This document shows positions 10,187-21,018 of a stretch of 64,000 nucleotides of DNA, piece by piece. Origin of the DNA: Gilvibacter sediminis (GTDB lineage: Bacteria > Bacteroidota > Bacteroidia > Flavobacteriales > Flavobacteriaceae); NCBI RefSeq assembly GCF_028561565.1, contig NZ_JAQQTE010000001.1, positions 230,005-294,004 on the forward strand. Reading direction: 5' to 3'. Both the position numbers and the translations under genes were made by a program. The notes under the pieces were generated by a model. That model was given only the letters and a program-made list of their open reading frames with translations, had not been told where the DNA came from and did no database searches. How positions within the stretch are numbered: position 1 is the stretch's first letter; every line of letters begins with the position of its first letter.

Positions 10187-13100
10187 ATGAGCAAAACGCT
10201 GGTACAATCGGTGTTCAAAGAGTCTTCTTCACTAAGAAAACTAGGGGAAGCTATATCCAAAAATCAAGCGAGAACAACACTATCGGGCCTACACGGCTCT
10301 GCCTTTTCTATTGTAGTTGCTCAGCTTTTTAAAGAGTCTGAAAGACCATTCCTTTGTGTCTTTAATGACAAAGAAGAAGCCGCCTATCACCTCAACGATT
10401 TGGAACAATTAGTAGGAGATCAGGAAGTGCTGTTCTTCCCAGGAAGCTACCGCCGTCCATATCAAATAGAGGAAACCAACAATGCCAATGTATTGTTGAG
10501 ATCCGAGGTGCTGAACCGAATCAACTCTCGTAAAAAGCCAGCGCTTATAGTCACTTATCCCGAAGCACTCTTTGAAAAGGTAGTGACCCGAAAGGAGTTG
10601 GAACGCAACACTTTGAGTATAAAAGTCGGAGACGAACTTTCTTTAGATTTTGTGAACGAAGTACTGTTCTCCTATCAGTTCAAACGTGTTGATTTTGTCA
10701 CTGAACCGGGAGAATTTTCCGTCCGCGGAGGGATTTTAGATGTCTTCTCCTTTTCTCATGATGAACCGTATCGATTGGAGTTCTTTGGCAATGAAGTGGA
10801 TAGTATTCGCTGCTTTGATGTTGAGACCCAACTCTCTACCGAACAGATAAAACGCATCGGAATCATCCCGAACGTAGCCAACAAAATGTTGGAAGAGAAG
10901 CGCGCCTCCTTTTTGGAGTATATAGCGAGAAAAACAGTGGTTTTTACCGCAAATCAGCGTTTAATTGAAGAAAAACTGGATGATTTTTACCAAAAAGCAG
11001 AGGAAGCCTTTGCGGAATTGGACCAGACCGTAAAACAACTCAAACCCGAAGAGCTCTTTATAAACGGCACCACCTTTTCTGAGCTGCTGGAATCCTTTAC
11101 TCATGTGGCAGAAGTTCCTGCAGACGGTGAGATCAACTTCAAAACACAACCGCAACCCCCCTTTAAAAAGCAGTTCCCTGTGCTGATCAAAGACCTGCAG
11201 CAAAAACATGCCAAAGGTTACACGAATTACATTTTTTGTGATACGGTTGAACAAGCCAAACGATTTAAGGATATACTTGAGGACGCCCAAGACGATGTAC
11301 AATATGAAACTGCCGTGTTCTCGCTCTATTCTGGCTTTGTAGATGCGGAGTCCAAAACGGCTTGCTATACAGATCACCAGATCTTTGAACGCTATCACCG
11401 ATTCCACCTTAAAAACGGTTACGCCAAAAAACAGGCCATCACCTTAAAGGAATTGACCAACTTAGAAGTAGGCGATTATGTGACCCACATAGATCACGGT
11501 ATTGGCAAGTTTGGCGGTTTGCAAAAAATAGAGGTAGAAGGCAAATTCCAAGAAGCCATTAAGCTTATTTACGGAGATCGGGACATCTTGTATCTGAGTA
11601 TTCACTCCTTGCACAAGATTGCCAAATACAACGGCAAAGACGGCACGGCTCCGAAGATCTATAAATTAGGATCCAACGCTTGGAAAAAACTCAAGCAAAA
11701 GACCAAGAAGAAGGTCAAAGAAATTGCTTTTAACCTCATTGAGCTATACGCTAAACGGCGTTTGCAGAAAGGTTTTCAATACGCTCCGGATTCTTATCTA
11801 CAGCATGAATTGGAATCGTCATTTATCTATGAAGACACTCCAGATCAATCCAAAGCCACTGAAGACATTAAGCGCGATATGGAAAGTGAGCGTCCTATGG
11901 ATCGTTTGGTCTGTGGAGATGTTGGATTTGGAAAGACAGAGGTAGCCATTCGCGCCGCTTTTAAAGCCGTAGATAACGGCAAACAAGTCGCAGTGCTTGT
12001 GCCCACAACCATTTTGGCCTTTCAACACCACAAGAGTTTCTCCAAACGCATGAAGCGTTTGCCGGTCAATATTGACTACTTAAATCGATTTAGAACCACC
12101 AAAGAACGCAATCAAGTTTTGGAGGATTTAGAAAGTGGTAAACTCGATATCGTGATCGGGACGCATCAGTTGGTCAATAAAGGGATCAAATTTAAGGACC
12201 TGGGACTGCTCATTATTGATGAAGAGCAGAAATTTGGAGTGGCAGTAAAAGACAAGCTAAAAACCATCAAAGAGAATGTGGATACTTTGACGCTAACGGC
12301 AACACCTATTCCACGTACGCTACAATTCAGTTTGATGGCCGCCAGAGACCTTTCAGTCATCAATACACCGCCGGCCAACCGCTACCCCATTGAAACTCGT
12401 GTAATTCGTTTTTCTGAGGAGGCGATCCGAGATGCCTTGCAATACGAGATCTCTCGTGGAGGACAGGCATTCTTTGTGCACAACCGCATTGAGAACATTC
12501 AGGAGGTTGCCGGAATGCTGCAACGTCTATTGCCCGACGCAAAAATTGGCGTGGGTCACGGACAAATGGACGGAAAGAAATTAGAGAAACTCATGCTCGC
12601 CTTTATGGGCGGGGAGTTTGACATTTTGGTTTCTACAACCATCATTGAAAACGGATTGGACGTGCCAAACGCCAACACTATATTTATAAATAACGCCAAC
12701 AACTTTGGACTTTCTGATCTGCATCAAATGCGCGGTCGTGTTGGCCGAAGCAACAAAAAAGCCTTCTGTTATTTCATTACACCGCCCTATTCTGCTATGA
12801 CCACAGATGCGCGAAAACGCATTCAAGCCTTAGAGCAATATACAGAGCTGGGTGGCGGCTTTAAGATTGCGATGAAGGATCTGGAGATCCGAGGCGCTGG
12901 AGATATTTTAGGTGGAGAACAAAGCGGTTTTATCAACGAGATCGGGTTTGAGACCTATCAGAAGATCTTGGCAGAAGCCATTGAGGAACTTAAGGAGAAA
13001 GAGTTTAAGTCGCTCTATAAAGGAGAGGAAAAGAAGGACAAAAAGTGGATCAAAGAAACCGTCATTGACACCGACTTTGAGCTGTTATTCCCCTCAGAAT

Positions 13101-13540
13101 ACGTCAACAACATTAGCGAACGCCTCAATCTGTATCACAAACTGGGCGAGTTAAAATCAGAAGCAGAACTGCAAAAATTCCAAAAGGAATTGGAAGACCG
13201 TTTTGGCCCGCTGCCTGAACAGGTGGAAGACCTATTAAACAGCGTTCGCATTAAATGGATGGCCCTAGACCTAGGCCTGGAACGTGTCTTGATGAAAAAG
13301 GACAAAATGGTTGGTTACTTCATCAGTGATCAACAATCGGGATACTATCAAAGCGACAGTTTTGGAGCCGTTCTGAGCTATGTGCAGCAGCAACCGGATA
13401 AGATCAGCATGAATGAAAAACAAACTCGCTCTGGCCTTAAACTCCTGCTGCGTTTTGGAACCATTCGATCGATTTCTGAGGCCTTAGCCGCCTTAAGTCC
13501 GCTGCACTGTCAACTTAAAAGTGATAAAACGCATCCGTGA
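10187..13540 (+). CDS. mfd: Transcription-repair coupling factor Mfd
   Basis: 1117 aa; UvrB-homology N-terminus, superfamily-2 helicase motifs (GDVGFGKTEVA, DEEQKFGV, TATPIPRTL), TRCF C-terminal domain. Confidence 0.95.
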   Translation: MSKTLVQSVFKESSSLRKLGEAISKNQARTTLSGLHGSAFSIVVAQLFKESERPFLCVFNDKEEAAYHLNDLEQLVGDQEVLFFPGSYRRPYQIEETNNANVLLRSEVLNRINSRKKPALIVTYPEALFEKVVTRKELERNTLSIKVGDELSLDFVNEVLFSYQFKRVDFVTEPGEFSVRGGILDVFSFSHDEPYRLEFFGNEVDSIRCFDVETQLSTEQIKRIGIIPNVANKMLEEKRASFLEYIARKTVVFTANQRLIEEKLDDFYQKAEEAFAELDQTVKQLKPEELFINGTTFSELLESFTHVAEVPADGEINFKTQPQPPFKKQFPVLIKDLQQKHAKGYTNYIFCDTVEQAKRFKDILEDAQDDVQYETAVFSLYSGFVDAESKTACYTDHQIFERYHRFHLKNGYAKKQAITLKELTNLEVGDYVTHIDHGIGKFGGLQKIEVEGKFQEAIKLIYGDRDILYLSIHSLHKIAKYNGKDGTAPKIYKLGSNAWKKLKQKTKKKVKEIAFNLIELYAKRRLQKGFQYAPDSYLQHELESSFIYEDTPDQSKATEDIKRDMESERPMDRLVCGDVGFGKTEVAIRAAFKAVDNGKQVAVLVPTTILAFQHHKSFSKRMKRLPVNIDYLNRFRTTKERNQVLEDLESGKLDIVIGTHQLVNKGIKFKDLGLLIIDEEQKFGVAVKDKLKTIKENVDTLTLTATPIPRTLQFSLMAARDLSVINTPPANRYPIETRVIRFSEEAIRDALQYEISRGGQAFFVHNRIENIQEVAGMLQRLLPDAKIGVGHGQMDGKKLEKLMLAFMGGEFDILVSTTIIENGLDVPNANTIFINNANNFGLSDLHQMRGRVGRSNKKAFCYFITPPYSAMTTDARKRIQALEQYTELGGGFKIAMKDLEIRGAGDILGGEQSGFINEIGFETYQKILAEAIEELKEKEFKSLYKGEEKKDKKWIKETVIDTDFELLFPSEYVNNISERLNLYHKLGELKSEAELQKFQKELEDRFGPLPEQVEDLLNSVRIKWMALDLGLERVLMKKDKMVGYFISDQQSGYYQSDSFGAVLSYVQQQPDKISMNEKQTRSGLKLLLRFGTIRSISEALAALSPLHCQLKSDKTHP

Positions 13541-13874
13541 TATGCGTGATTTGTCGCTGCTTGCTGTTGAGCACCACCGCGACAATATCAAAACGAAGTT
13601 CGTAATTCCACTGTTTTTGCTGAACAAAGGCGTCCGCCGCTCGTACCATTAATTTGATCTTTTTGGGAGTGACAAAACGCTGGGGATCTCCAAAGAAATC
13701 AGAATTACGCGTTTTGACCTCAACAATAACAACCACCTCATCTTTAAAGACAATCAGGTCTAATTCTGCTTTTTTGTAATAGAAATTTCGGGCCAAGATC
13801 TCATAGCCCTTTTTTTGAAGAAACTCAGCCGCTACGGCTTCTCCGCGGCGACCCAGTTGTTTGTGATAACTCAT
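13515..13874 (-). CDS. YraN-family (UPF0102) endonuclease
   Basis: 119 aa; GEAVAAEFLQKKGYEILARN...ELDLIV...VEVK motif. Confidence 0.8.
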   Translation of the reverse strand: MSYHKQLGRRGEAVAAEFLQKKGYEILARNFYYKKAELDLIVFKDEVVVIVEVKTRNSDFFGDPQRFVTPKKIKLMVRAADAFVQQKQWNYELRFDIVAVVLNSKQRQITHITDAFYHF

Positions 13875-14785
13875 AAATAATTCAAACTTACACCTCGGGG
13901 AGTAACTTCGAATTGTGCTTGCTGACCAAAGACCAGCGGATAGTTTTTGTGAATATGACCGCTAGGAGCATCAAAAGCCACGGGATAGTCACAGCCATCT
14001 ACGAGCTCTAAGATAATCTCTTTAACTGTGTTTCCAAAAGGAATGCTGTTGTCGTGAATTTTAGTGAATCCGCCTACGATGAGTCCAGCAAGATCACTCA
14101 AAAGGCCATTATTCTTTAAGTTTCTGAGCATACGATCAATGTGATAACGATACTCATCCAGATCTTCAATTATCAAAATTTTTCCAGCGGTTTGCACCTG
14201 ATACGGACTGCCACACATACTGTAAAGCATGGAGAGGTTACCTCCCGTCACTATGCCTTTGGCTAAGCCTTGCCTATTGGCCGCATTTGGGGCAAACTCC
14301 AAAGCGGGAGTTTCTCCAAACAAGATAGACCGCAAATTTTCCAAAGCCTCAGGATGATTGCCCAAAGCCGTTGGCAGATCAGCCAAATCAATAGGCATGG
14401 TTCCGTGAATGCTCGCAATCCCTAAAATATGAAGCACGTTGTGAAAGACGGTCACATCGCTATAACCAATAAGCCATTTTGGATTGCGCTTAAAACTCGT
14501 CAGATCCAAATGATCCAATAAACGTATACTGCCATAACCGCCCCGAACGCTCCATAAGGCTTTGATCTCTGGATCATTCACAAGCGCTTGCATGGAGACG
14601 GCTCGCTGTATGTCGTCACCCGCAAACTGATGATGGGGCTTGTGAATATTATCGGCCAAAACTGCTTGCAAACCCCAACTTTCAAGGAGCTTCAAAGCAG
14701 GCGCTAATTGCTCCGCAGTAATAAAACGCGCAGGGGCAATTAAACCCACGCGATCTCCAGCAGTCAAAAATTGAGGTGTAACCAT
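13871..14785 (-). CDS. LD-carboxypeptidase (peptidase S66)
   Basis: GDRVGLIAPA start region, conserved S66 segments SVRGGYGS and IGYSDVT; start trimmed to the internal Met. Confidence 0.8.
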   Translation of the reverse strand: MVTPQFLTAGDRVGLIAPARFITAEQLAPALKLLESWGLQAVLADNIHKPHHQFAGDDIQRAVSMQALVNDPEIKALWSVRGGYGSIRLLDHLDLTSFKRNPKWLIGYSDVTVFHNVLHILGIASIHGTMPIDLADLPTALGNHPEALENLRSILFGETPALEFAPNAANRQGLAKGIVTGGNLSMLYSMCGSPYQVQTAGKILIIEDLDEYRYHIDRMLRNLKNNGLLSDLAGLIVGGFTKIHDNSIPFGNTVKEIILELVDGCDYPVAFDAPSGHIHKNYPLVFGQQAQFEVTPRGVSLNYL

Positions 14786-14902
14786 CCGTAATTGAATTAC
14801 GTCAAAGATGCAGAAATGATAAGAATACTCAAAATATAAGCAATTAAACCAGTCATTTATCAGATTTTCAGTACATTGAAACAAAAAACCTACTAAGCCA
14901 AA

Positions 14903-16369
14903 TTGCCTATGGAAGCTACTACTCTATGCAATACGTCGCCTATTACCCCATTTGCTGCTACAGCAGAGAACCCTTGGGATCTAAACAAAGCGATGCACGT
15001 TACGCGCAGACTTGCCTTTGGTGCCAATCAATTGGAGCTTGACAATGCGCTTACCTTAACCCCTGAGGCCTTTATTGATCAGCTGGTGGACCAAGCGGTC
15101 ACCATGGAACCCACAGCGACTCCTCCTTGGGGTTATTGGAACCTCACCAATTTTACTGATTACGATACAGAAAACAACGAATACATTGAAGCTTGGCGTA
15201 CCCAAACCGCGAGCGATTTGATTCAAAACAAACTCAGAGATCGATTGACCTTTTTCTGGATGAATCATTTTGTGACCGAGTTGGAGACCTATTTCTACTC
15301 GCCTTATATGTTTCAGTATTACAATATTAACCAGACGCATGCCATTGGCAACTTCCGTGATTTCGTTTCAGACATTGGGAAATCTGGTGCCATGCTGTTC
15401 TACCTCAACGGTTTTCAAAACACCCGTTTTGAGCCCAATGAGAATTATGCCCGAGAACTCTTTGAACTCTTCACCCTTGGTTTAGACAACAACTATACAG
15501 AGACAGACATTCAGTTTACCTCTAAGGCTTTGACCGGATGGAATCACTGGGCAGAGGTAGGCGACGCCATTTATTTTGACGAGTCTACTTGGGACCCGAG
15601 TGTGAAGAACATCTTTGGGCAGGCGGGAATTTGGAAGTACGATGACGTGATCACCATCCTCTTTGAGCAGCGCCCAACGGAGATCGCAACTTTTATCTGT
15701 ACCAAACTGTATAAATTCTTTGTGAGTCATGAAGTGTCTGAGTTTGCTTTGACCGATATCATCGCGCCTTTAGCAGATACCTTTATCGCTAGCGATTTTG
15801 AGTTGGCACCAGTTTTACGCCAGCTCTTTAAGAGTGAACATTTCTTTGACGAACTCGCCCAAGGAGTGGTAGTAAAAAGTCCATTTGATTTTTTATTCAA
15901 TTTTACTACCGAAGCTGAACTAACCTATGACGAAGCCATTTTAAATGGATTGACCTATTACGCCGCAGTCTTGGGGCAAGAAATGTATGAGCCTGTAGAT
16001 GTTGCTGGATGGCAACGAGATCACGATTGGATTTCCAGTAGCACGCTGACTGGTCGCTGGCAGGTTATTGAGCTGTATATGTTCTACATCTTGTCTAACT
16101 ACCCAGAGGACCTACGCAATTTAGCCATCTCACTTTCTGGCGATAGCAACGATCCTGAATTCATCACCACGGTGATCGCGGACCGTTTATTGGGTAAGCC
16201 CTTCCACACCATTTCTGATTATGAAGTGGCCATTGATATCTTTAAAGGAGACATTCCTCAAGGATATTATGACGACGGAACCTGGAATTTGTATTGGGAC
16301 ACCGCTCCCGGACAAGTTGCCGGATTATTGATTCACTTGGCGAAAGCCCCAGAGTTCCAACTAAAATAA
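14903..16369 (+). CDS. DUF1800-family protein
   Basis: Size and conserved pairing with a downstream DUF1501 protein; family recalled from memory. Confidence 0.65.
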   Translation: MPMEATTLCNTSPITPFAATAENPWDLNKAMHVTRRLAFGANQLELDNALTLTPEAFIDQLVDQAVTMEPTATPPWGYWNLTNFTDYDTENNEYIEAWRTQTASDLIQNKLRDRLTFFWMNHFVTELETYFYSPYMFQYYNINQTHAIGNFRDFVSDIGKSGAMLFYLNGFQNTRFEPNENYARELFELFTLGLDNNYTETDIQFTSKALTGWNHWAEVGDAIYFDESTWDPSVKNIFGQAGIWKYDDVITILFEQRPTEIATFICTKLYKFFVSHEVSEFALTDIIAPLADTFIASDFELAPVLRQLFKSEHFFDELAQGVVVKSPFDFLFNFTTEAELTYDEAILNGLTYYAAVLGQEMYEPVDVAGWQRDHDWISSSTLTGRWQVIELYMFYILSNYPEDLRNLAISLSGDSNDPEFITTVIADRLLGKPFHTISDYEVAIDIFKGDIPQGYYDDGTWNLYWDTAPGQVAGLLIHLAKAPEFQLK

Positions 16370-16376
16370 AACTGCT

Positions 16377-17993
16377 ATGTGTAACAATCACTTTTCTTCA
16401 TCAAATTATAAGAAGCTGCACGATAAGCAGCACGAACAGGAACACAACCACTGGAGTCGTCGCTCATTCATTCAAGCTCTTGGGCTTTTGGGTGGTGGAA
16501 CAGTAATGTTGGGAGGAACCAATTTGACGGTTTCCAATCCCTCTCCGCTGGCTATGGCTTTGACCGAATCCGAGAATGATAATATTCTTGTGATCATTCG
16601 CCTTAAAGGAGGTAATGATGGCCTAAATACCATTGTCCCTGTTTACGATTACGATACTTATGCGGGCTTAAGACCAAACATTCGCTTGGCAGAGAGTTCG
16701 CTTTATGCTTTAGACCCAGACTTTGGACTGCCAGATTTTATGAGTCCACTGCAATCTGTTTGGGGTGACGGACGCATGAAAGTGGTTCATGGAGTCGGTT
16801 ATCCGGATCAGAACTTTTCGCACTTTGAATCCTCAGATATTTGGGCAAATACAGACACCTCAGATCCAGGAGATACTGGATGGTGGGGACGCTATTTTGA
16901 AGAGCTTTATCCAGATTATTTGGTCAATCCGCCAGAGGTTCCTCCAGCGATCCAAATTGGAAGTATTGGAAATCTCATTTTTGATGGATTGAACAGTAAC
17001 TATGCCTTTACTGTGGCCAATCCGGATCAATTGAGCTCCATTGCCTCTACCGGAGTTGTCCATGATGTAACGGACATCCCTGAGTGTTATTACGGGGATC
17101 AACTTCAGTTCTTAAGGGCTGCCACGAATACCACCTTTGCTTATGCGAGTGTAATTAACGAGGCCTATGAAGGAGCCACTAATGACGCGCCTTATGATAC
17201 CAGAGACCTGTCCAATCAGCTGGCAATTATTGCCCGTCTGATCAAAGGAGGCCTGGGAACTAAGGTATTTATGGTTACTCTGGGTGGATTTGATACGCAC
17301 GCCAATCAGTTGGTAACACACAATGAGATCATGAATGATCTGTCATTGGCGGTTAAGAATTTTTATGACGATCTAGCTACTGCTGGCTGGGATGATAAAG
17401 TACTTTCCATGACCATTTCTGAGTTTGGAAGACGTCCTTTTGAAAATGGAAGTTTAGGAACGGATCACGGCTCTGCTTCTACCATGATGCTCTTTGGAAG
17501 CGGATTGGGAGAAAGTGGTTTTGTGGGTTCACACCCCAGCTTGTCTGCAACGGATCCCTTCGGGAATTTGATCTTCAATCAAGACTTTCGAAACATCTAT
17601 GCCACCATCATGATTGAATGGTTGTGTATTGATGAGACTACTGTTAATGCAGCCTTACTCAATACAGATTACACCTTGGTAGACCTTGGTTTTGCTTGCA
17701 ATACGGCTTCTGTAAATGATTTTGAGGAAGTCAATCGCTTTGCGCACACGGCTACTTACCGAGACAGCAGTACCTATATCAACTTCAATATGCCTTTCTC
17801 GGCGCATGTTAAGGTGGTGCTCTATAATATTGTTGGACAGGAGGTAGCTACCTTGACCAATGACATGAAATTCTCAGGAGCTCATGAGATCGATGTGAAG
17901 AATTCTGCCAATACACGATTACATACCGGACAGTACATCTATCGAATTACCGTCGGGGAACAGAACTTTAGTAAATCCATCGTGATACGATAA
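16377..17993 (+). CDS. DUF1501-family protein with twin-arginine signal and T9SS C-terminal sorting domain
   Basis: SRRSFIQALGLLGG Tat motif, sulfatase-like core, C-terminal ~80 aa matching the Por/T9SS CTD pattern (VVLYNIVGQEV...GQYIYRI). Confidence 0.7.
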   Translation: MCNNHFSSSNYKKLHDKQHEQEHNHWSRRSFIQALGLLGGGTVMLGGTNLTVSNPSPLAMALTESENDNILVIIRLKGGNDGLNTIVPVYDYDTYAGLRPNIRLAESSLYALDPDFGLPDFMSPLQSVWGDGRMKVVHGVGYPDQNFSHFESSDIWANTDTSDPGDTGWWGRYFEELYPDYLVNPPEVPPAIQIGSIGNLIFDGLNSNYAFTVANPDQLSSIASTGVVHDVTDIPECYYGDQLQFLRAATNTTFAYASVINEAYEGATNDAPYDTRDLSNQLAIIARLIKGGLGTKVFMVTLGGFDTHANQLVTHNEIMNDLSLAVKNFYDDLATAGWDDKVLSMTISEFGRRPFENGSLGTDHGSASTMMLFGSGLGESGFVGSHPSLSATDPFGNLIFNQDFRNIYATIMIEWLCIDETTVNAALLNTDYTLVDLGFACNTASVNDFEEVNRFAHTATYRDSSTYINFNMPFSAHVKVVLYNIVGQEVATLTNDMKFSGAHEIDVKNSANTRLHTGQYIYRITVGEQNFSKSIVIR

Positions 17994-18000
17994 GACTTTA

Positions 18001-18027
18001 AGCCGCGCCAGTCGCGGCTTTTTTTTA
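18001..18027 (+). terminator. Rho-independent terminator
   Basis: Hairpin AGCCGCG-CCAGT-CGCGGCT followed by T8. Confidence 0.8.
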
Positions 18028-18040
18028 CCTATTTTTGTGC
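18028..18040 (+). promoter_or_regulatory. Candidate Bacteroidetes -7 box (TATTTTTG) upstream of metG
   Basis: Matches the TAnnTTTG consensus about 20 nt upstream of the metG start. Confidence 0.3.
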
Positions 18041-18055
18041 TTTGTTTCAAGAATC

Positions 18056-20113
18056 ATGGCACAACCCAAAAGATATACCATAACGGCTGCCTTGCCGTAT
18101 ACCAACGGACCCATTCATATTGGTCACTTAGCAGGTGTATACGTTCCAGCTGATATTTATGCACGCTATCAACGTCTGCAAGGACGTGACGTTGTTTTTG
18201 TTTGCGGTAGCGACGAACACGGAGTAGCGATCACCATTAAAGCGAAAAAGGAAGGAATTACTCCACAGCAAGTAGTAGATCGTTACCATAAGATCATTAA
18301 AGACTCCTTTGCTGATTTTGGGATTTCCTTTGATGTGTATTCGCGCACATCAGCGCCAATACATCACGATACTGCCAGTGAATTCTTTAAACAAATGCAC
18401 GCGGACGGAAAGTTCATTGAACAAGTTACCGAACAACTTTACGATGCCGAAGCCGATCAATTTCTAGCCGATCGATTTGTCATTGGGACTTGCCCAAAAT
18501 GTGGTTTTGAAGCGAGTTATGGAGATCAGTGTGAAAACTGCGGTACCAGCCACAATGCCACCGATCTTATCAACCCTAAATCGGCCATTAGCGGCAGTAC
18601 CCCAACATTGAAATCCACCAAACACTGGTTCCTGCCGCTCGACCAATACCAAGAATGGCTTAACGAGTGGATCGTGGAAGGCCATAAAAAAGATTGGAAA
18701 CCCAACGTACACGGACAGGTCAAGTCTTGGATCATGGATGGACTCAAGCCTCGTGCCGTAACTCGTGATCTGGATTGGGGAATCCCGGTACCTGTTGAAG
18801 GCGGTGAAGGCAAAGTACTTTATGTGTGGTTTGATGCGCCTATCGGTTATATCTCCGCCACTAAAGAATGGGCAGAAGCCACAGGAAACAACTGGGAGCC
18901 TTATTGGAAAGATGAGGACACCAAGTTGCTTCACTTTATTGGAAAAGATAACATTGTGTTCCACTGTATCATCTTCCCGAGTATTTTAAAGGCTGCCGGT
19001 GATTATATCATGCCAGACAATGTGCCTGCCAATGAATTCTTGAACCTGGAAGGCAACAAACTTTCCACTTCAAAGAACTGGGCAGTTTGGCTACACGAAT
19101 ACTTGTTGGACTTCCCAGACATGCAAGATGTATTGCGATATACCTTGACGGCTAACGCGCCGGAGAGCAAAGACAACGACTTTACTTGGAAAGATTTCCA
19201 AGCGCGAAACAACAATGAATTGGTTGCCATTTTTGGAAACTTTGTGAATCGCGTAGTGGTCTTAACTCATAAATATTACGACGGTGCAATTCCTAGCCCT
19301 GCCGCATTTACTGAGGCGGATGAGCAAGTACTTGAAGGAATCAAAAGCCTAAAGATAGATATTGAATCCTCCTTGGAACAATACCGATTCCGCGAAGCCT
19401 TGAGCATCTTGATGAAAGTAGCCCGTAGCGGAAACGAATATCTGGCCAGTCAAGAACCTTGGAAGAGTATTAAGACCGATCAAGAGCGTACCCAAACCGT
19501 TATGTTTGTCGCTGCTCAGATCACAGCTGCATTGGCAGTACTCGCAGAGCCTTTCCTACCGCATACCAGTGAAAAGCTTAAAAACATGCTTCACCTAGAT
19601 TCAGAAGCTGTGAATTGGCAAAACCTTGCCGCGAGCAGCACTTATTTGCCAGCAGGTCATACAATTGCGACCAATCAACTTTTATTCTCTAAAATTGAGG
19701 ATGCACAGATCCAAGCACAATTGGACAAACTAGAAGCGACTAAAAAAGCCAACGAAATGGAAAACGCCCAAGCAGAACCACAAAAAGACACCATTCAGTT
19801 TGATGATTTTACCAAAATTGACATGCGCGTCGGCACGATTTTGAAGGCTGAGAAAATGGCGAAGACGAAAAAGCTCATGGTCATGGAAATAGACACAGGT
19901 ATTGACACACGTACCATCGTTTCCGGTATTGCTGAGCATTATACGGCCGAAGAATTAGTGGGTAAACAAGTGACCGTATTGGTCAATTTAGCTCCAAGAC
20001 CGTTACGCGGTGTAGAAAGTCAAGGGATGATCCTTTTGGCAGAAGACGCTGACGGTAAATTGGTATTCATGTCTCCAGAAGAGGCTGTCAAAAACGGCAG
20101 TAGCATTAGCTAA
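18056..20113 (+). CDS. metG: Methionine--tRNA ligase with C-terminal tRNA-binding domain
   Basis: HIGH motif ([11 protein letters not shown]), KMSKS-type LSTSK, four-Cys zinc knuckle, EMAP-like C-terminus. Confidence 0.95.
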   Translation: MAQPKRYTITAALPYTNGPIHIGHLAGVYVPADIYARYQRLQGRDVVFVCGSDEHGVAITIKAKKEGITPQQVVDRYHKIIKDSFADFGISFDVYSRTSAPIHHDTASEFFKQMHADGKFIEQVTEQLYDAEADQFLADRFVIGTCPKCGFEASYGDQCENCGTSHNATDLINPKSAISGSTPTLKSTKHWFLPLDQYQEWLNEWIVEGHKKDWKPNVHGQVKSWIMDGLKPRAVTRDLDWGIPVPVEGGEGKVLYVWFDAPIGYISATKEWAEATGNNWEPYWKDEDTKLLHFIGKDNIVFHCIIFPSILKAAGDYIMPDNVPANEFLNLEGNKLSTSKNWAVWLHEYLLDFPDMQDVLRYTLTANAPESKDNDFTWKDFQARNNNELVAIFGNFVNRVVVLTHKYYDGAIPSPAAFTEADEQVLEGIKSLKIDIESSLEQYRFREALSILMKVARSGNEYLASQEPWKSIKTDQERTQTVMFVAAQITAALAVLAEPFLPHTSEKLKNMLHLDSEAVNWQNLAASSTYLPAGHTIATNQLLFSKIEDAQIQAQLDKLEATKKANEMENAQAEPQKDTIQFDDFTKIDMRVGTILKAEKMAKTKKLMVMEIDTGIDTRTIVSGIAEHYTAEELVGKQVTVLVNLAPRPLRGVESQGMILLAEDADGKLVFMSPEEAVKNGSSIS

Positions 20114-21016
20114 ATGATCCGCGTTGCTTATCATCCCATCTATAAGCATCCGCTACCCTTAGGGCATCGTTTCCCGATGCAAAAATACGAGCTGTTACAC
20201 CGACAACTCCTGCATGAAGGCACTTGCGACCCAGAACAATTCTTTGTTCCTGGGAAGCCCAATATGGAGGCTATAAAGGCAGTCCATGATCCGCAGTATG
20301 TAGAAGATCTGTTAGCGCAAAACATAGAACCTCGAGCCGCCAGAAAAGTGGGATTCCCCATGTCTGAAAAGCTCATTGAACGAGAATTTACCATTGCGCA
20401 GGGAACCTTAGAAGCTACGCAGTTCGCCTTGAAGGATGGTTGTGCACTCAATATTGCTGGGGGCACGCACCACGCTTTTAAAGCCAGTGGTGAAGCTTTT
20501 TGTTTGCTGAATGATCAGGCGATTGCTGCTAAAAACCTTATTCAAAACGCACAGGCTAAACAAATCTTGATCATTGACTTGGATGTCCATCAAGGGAATG
20601 GGACTGCAGAGATCTTTGAGGGAGACGATAGTGTGTTTACCTTTTCCATGCACGGAGCGCATAACTACCCCTTCCGCAAGGAAAAATCAGACTTGGATAT
20701 TGGACTTCCAAACGATACTGAGGATAAGGAATACCTAGAGATCTTAGCATTTCATCTTCCAAGATTGATCGATAAGGTTCAACCTGATTTTATCTTTTAC
20801 CTCAGCGGAGTGGATATACTGGCTACCGATAAACTCGGCAAACTCGCATGCAGTATGGAAGGCTGTAAAACCAGAGATCGGATGGTTTTAGAGGCTTGCC
20901 ACCAAAGAGAGATTCCCGTGCAAATAAGCATGGGTGGTGGTTATTCTCCAGACATCAAGATCATTTTAGAGGCGCATGCCAATACCTACCGCCTGGCCCA
21001 CGAACTTTGGAACTAG
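20114..21016 (+). CDS. Histone deacetylase-family (AcuC/HDAC-like) protein
   Basis: HDAC class fold motifs (HHA.K, DLDVHQGNG, GGGY). Confidence 0.8.
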   Translation: MIRVAYHPIYKHPLPLGHRFPMQKYELLHRQLLHEGTCDPEQFFVPGKPNMEAIKAVHDPQYVEDLLAQNIEPRAARKVGFPMSEKLIEREFTIAQGTLEATQFALKDGCALNIAGGTHHAFKASGEAFCLLNDQAIAAKNLIQNAQAKQILIIDLDVHQGNGTAEIFEGDDSVFTFSMHGAHNYPFRKEKSDLDIGLPNDTEDKEYLEILAFHLPRLIDKVQPDFIFYLSGVDILATDKLGKLACSMEGCKTRDRMVLEACHQREIPVQISMGGGYSPDIKIILEAHANTYRLAHELWN

Positions 21017-21018
21017 TC

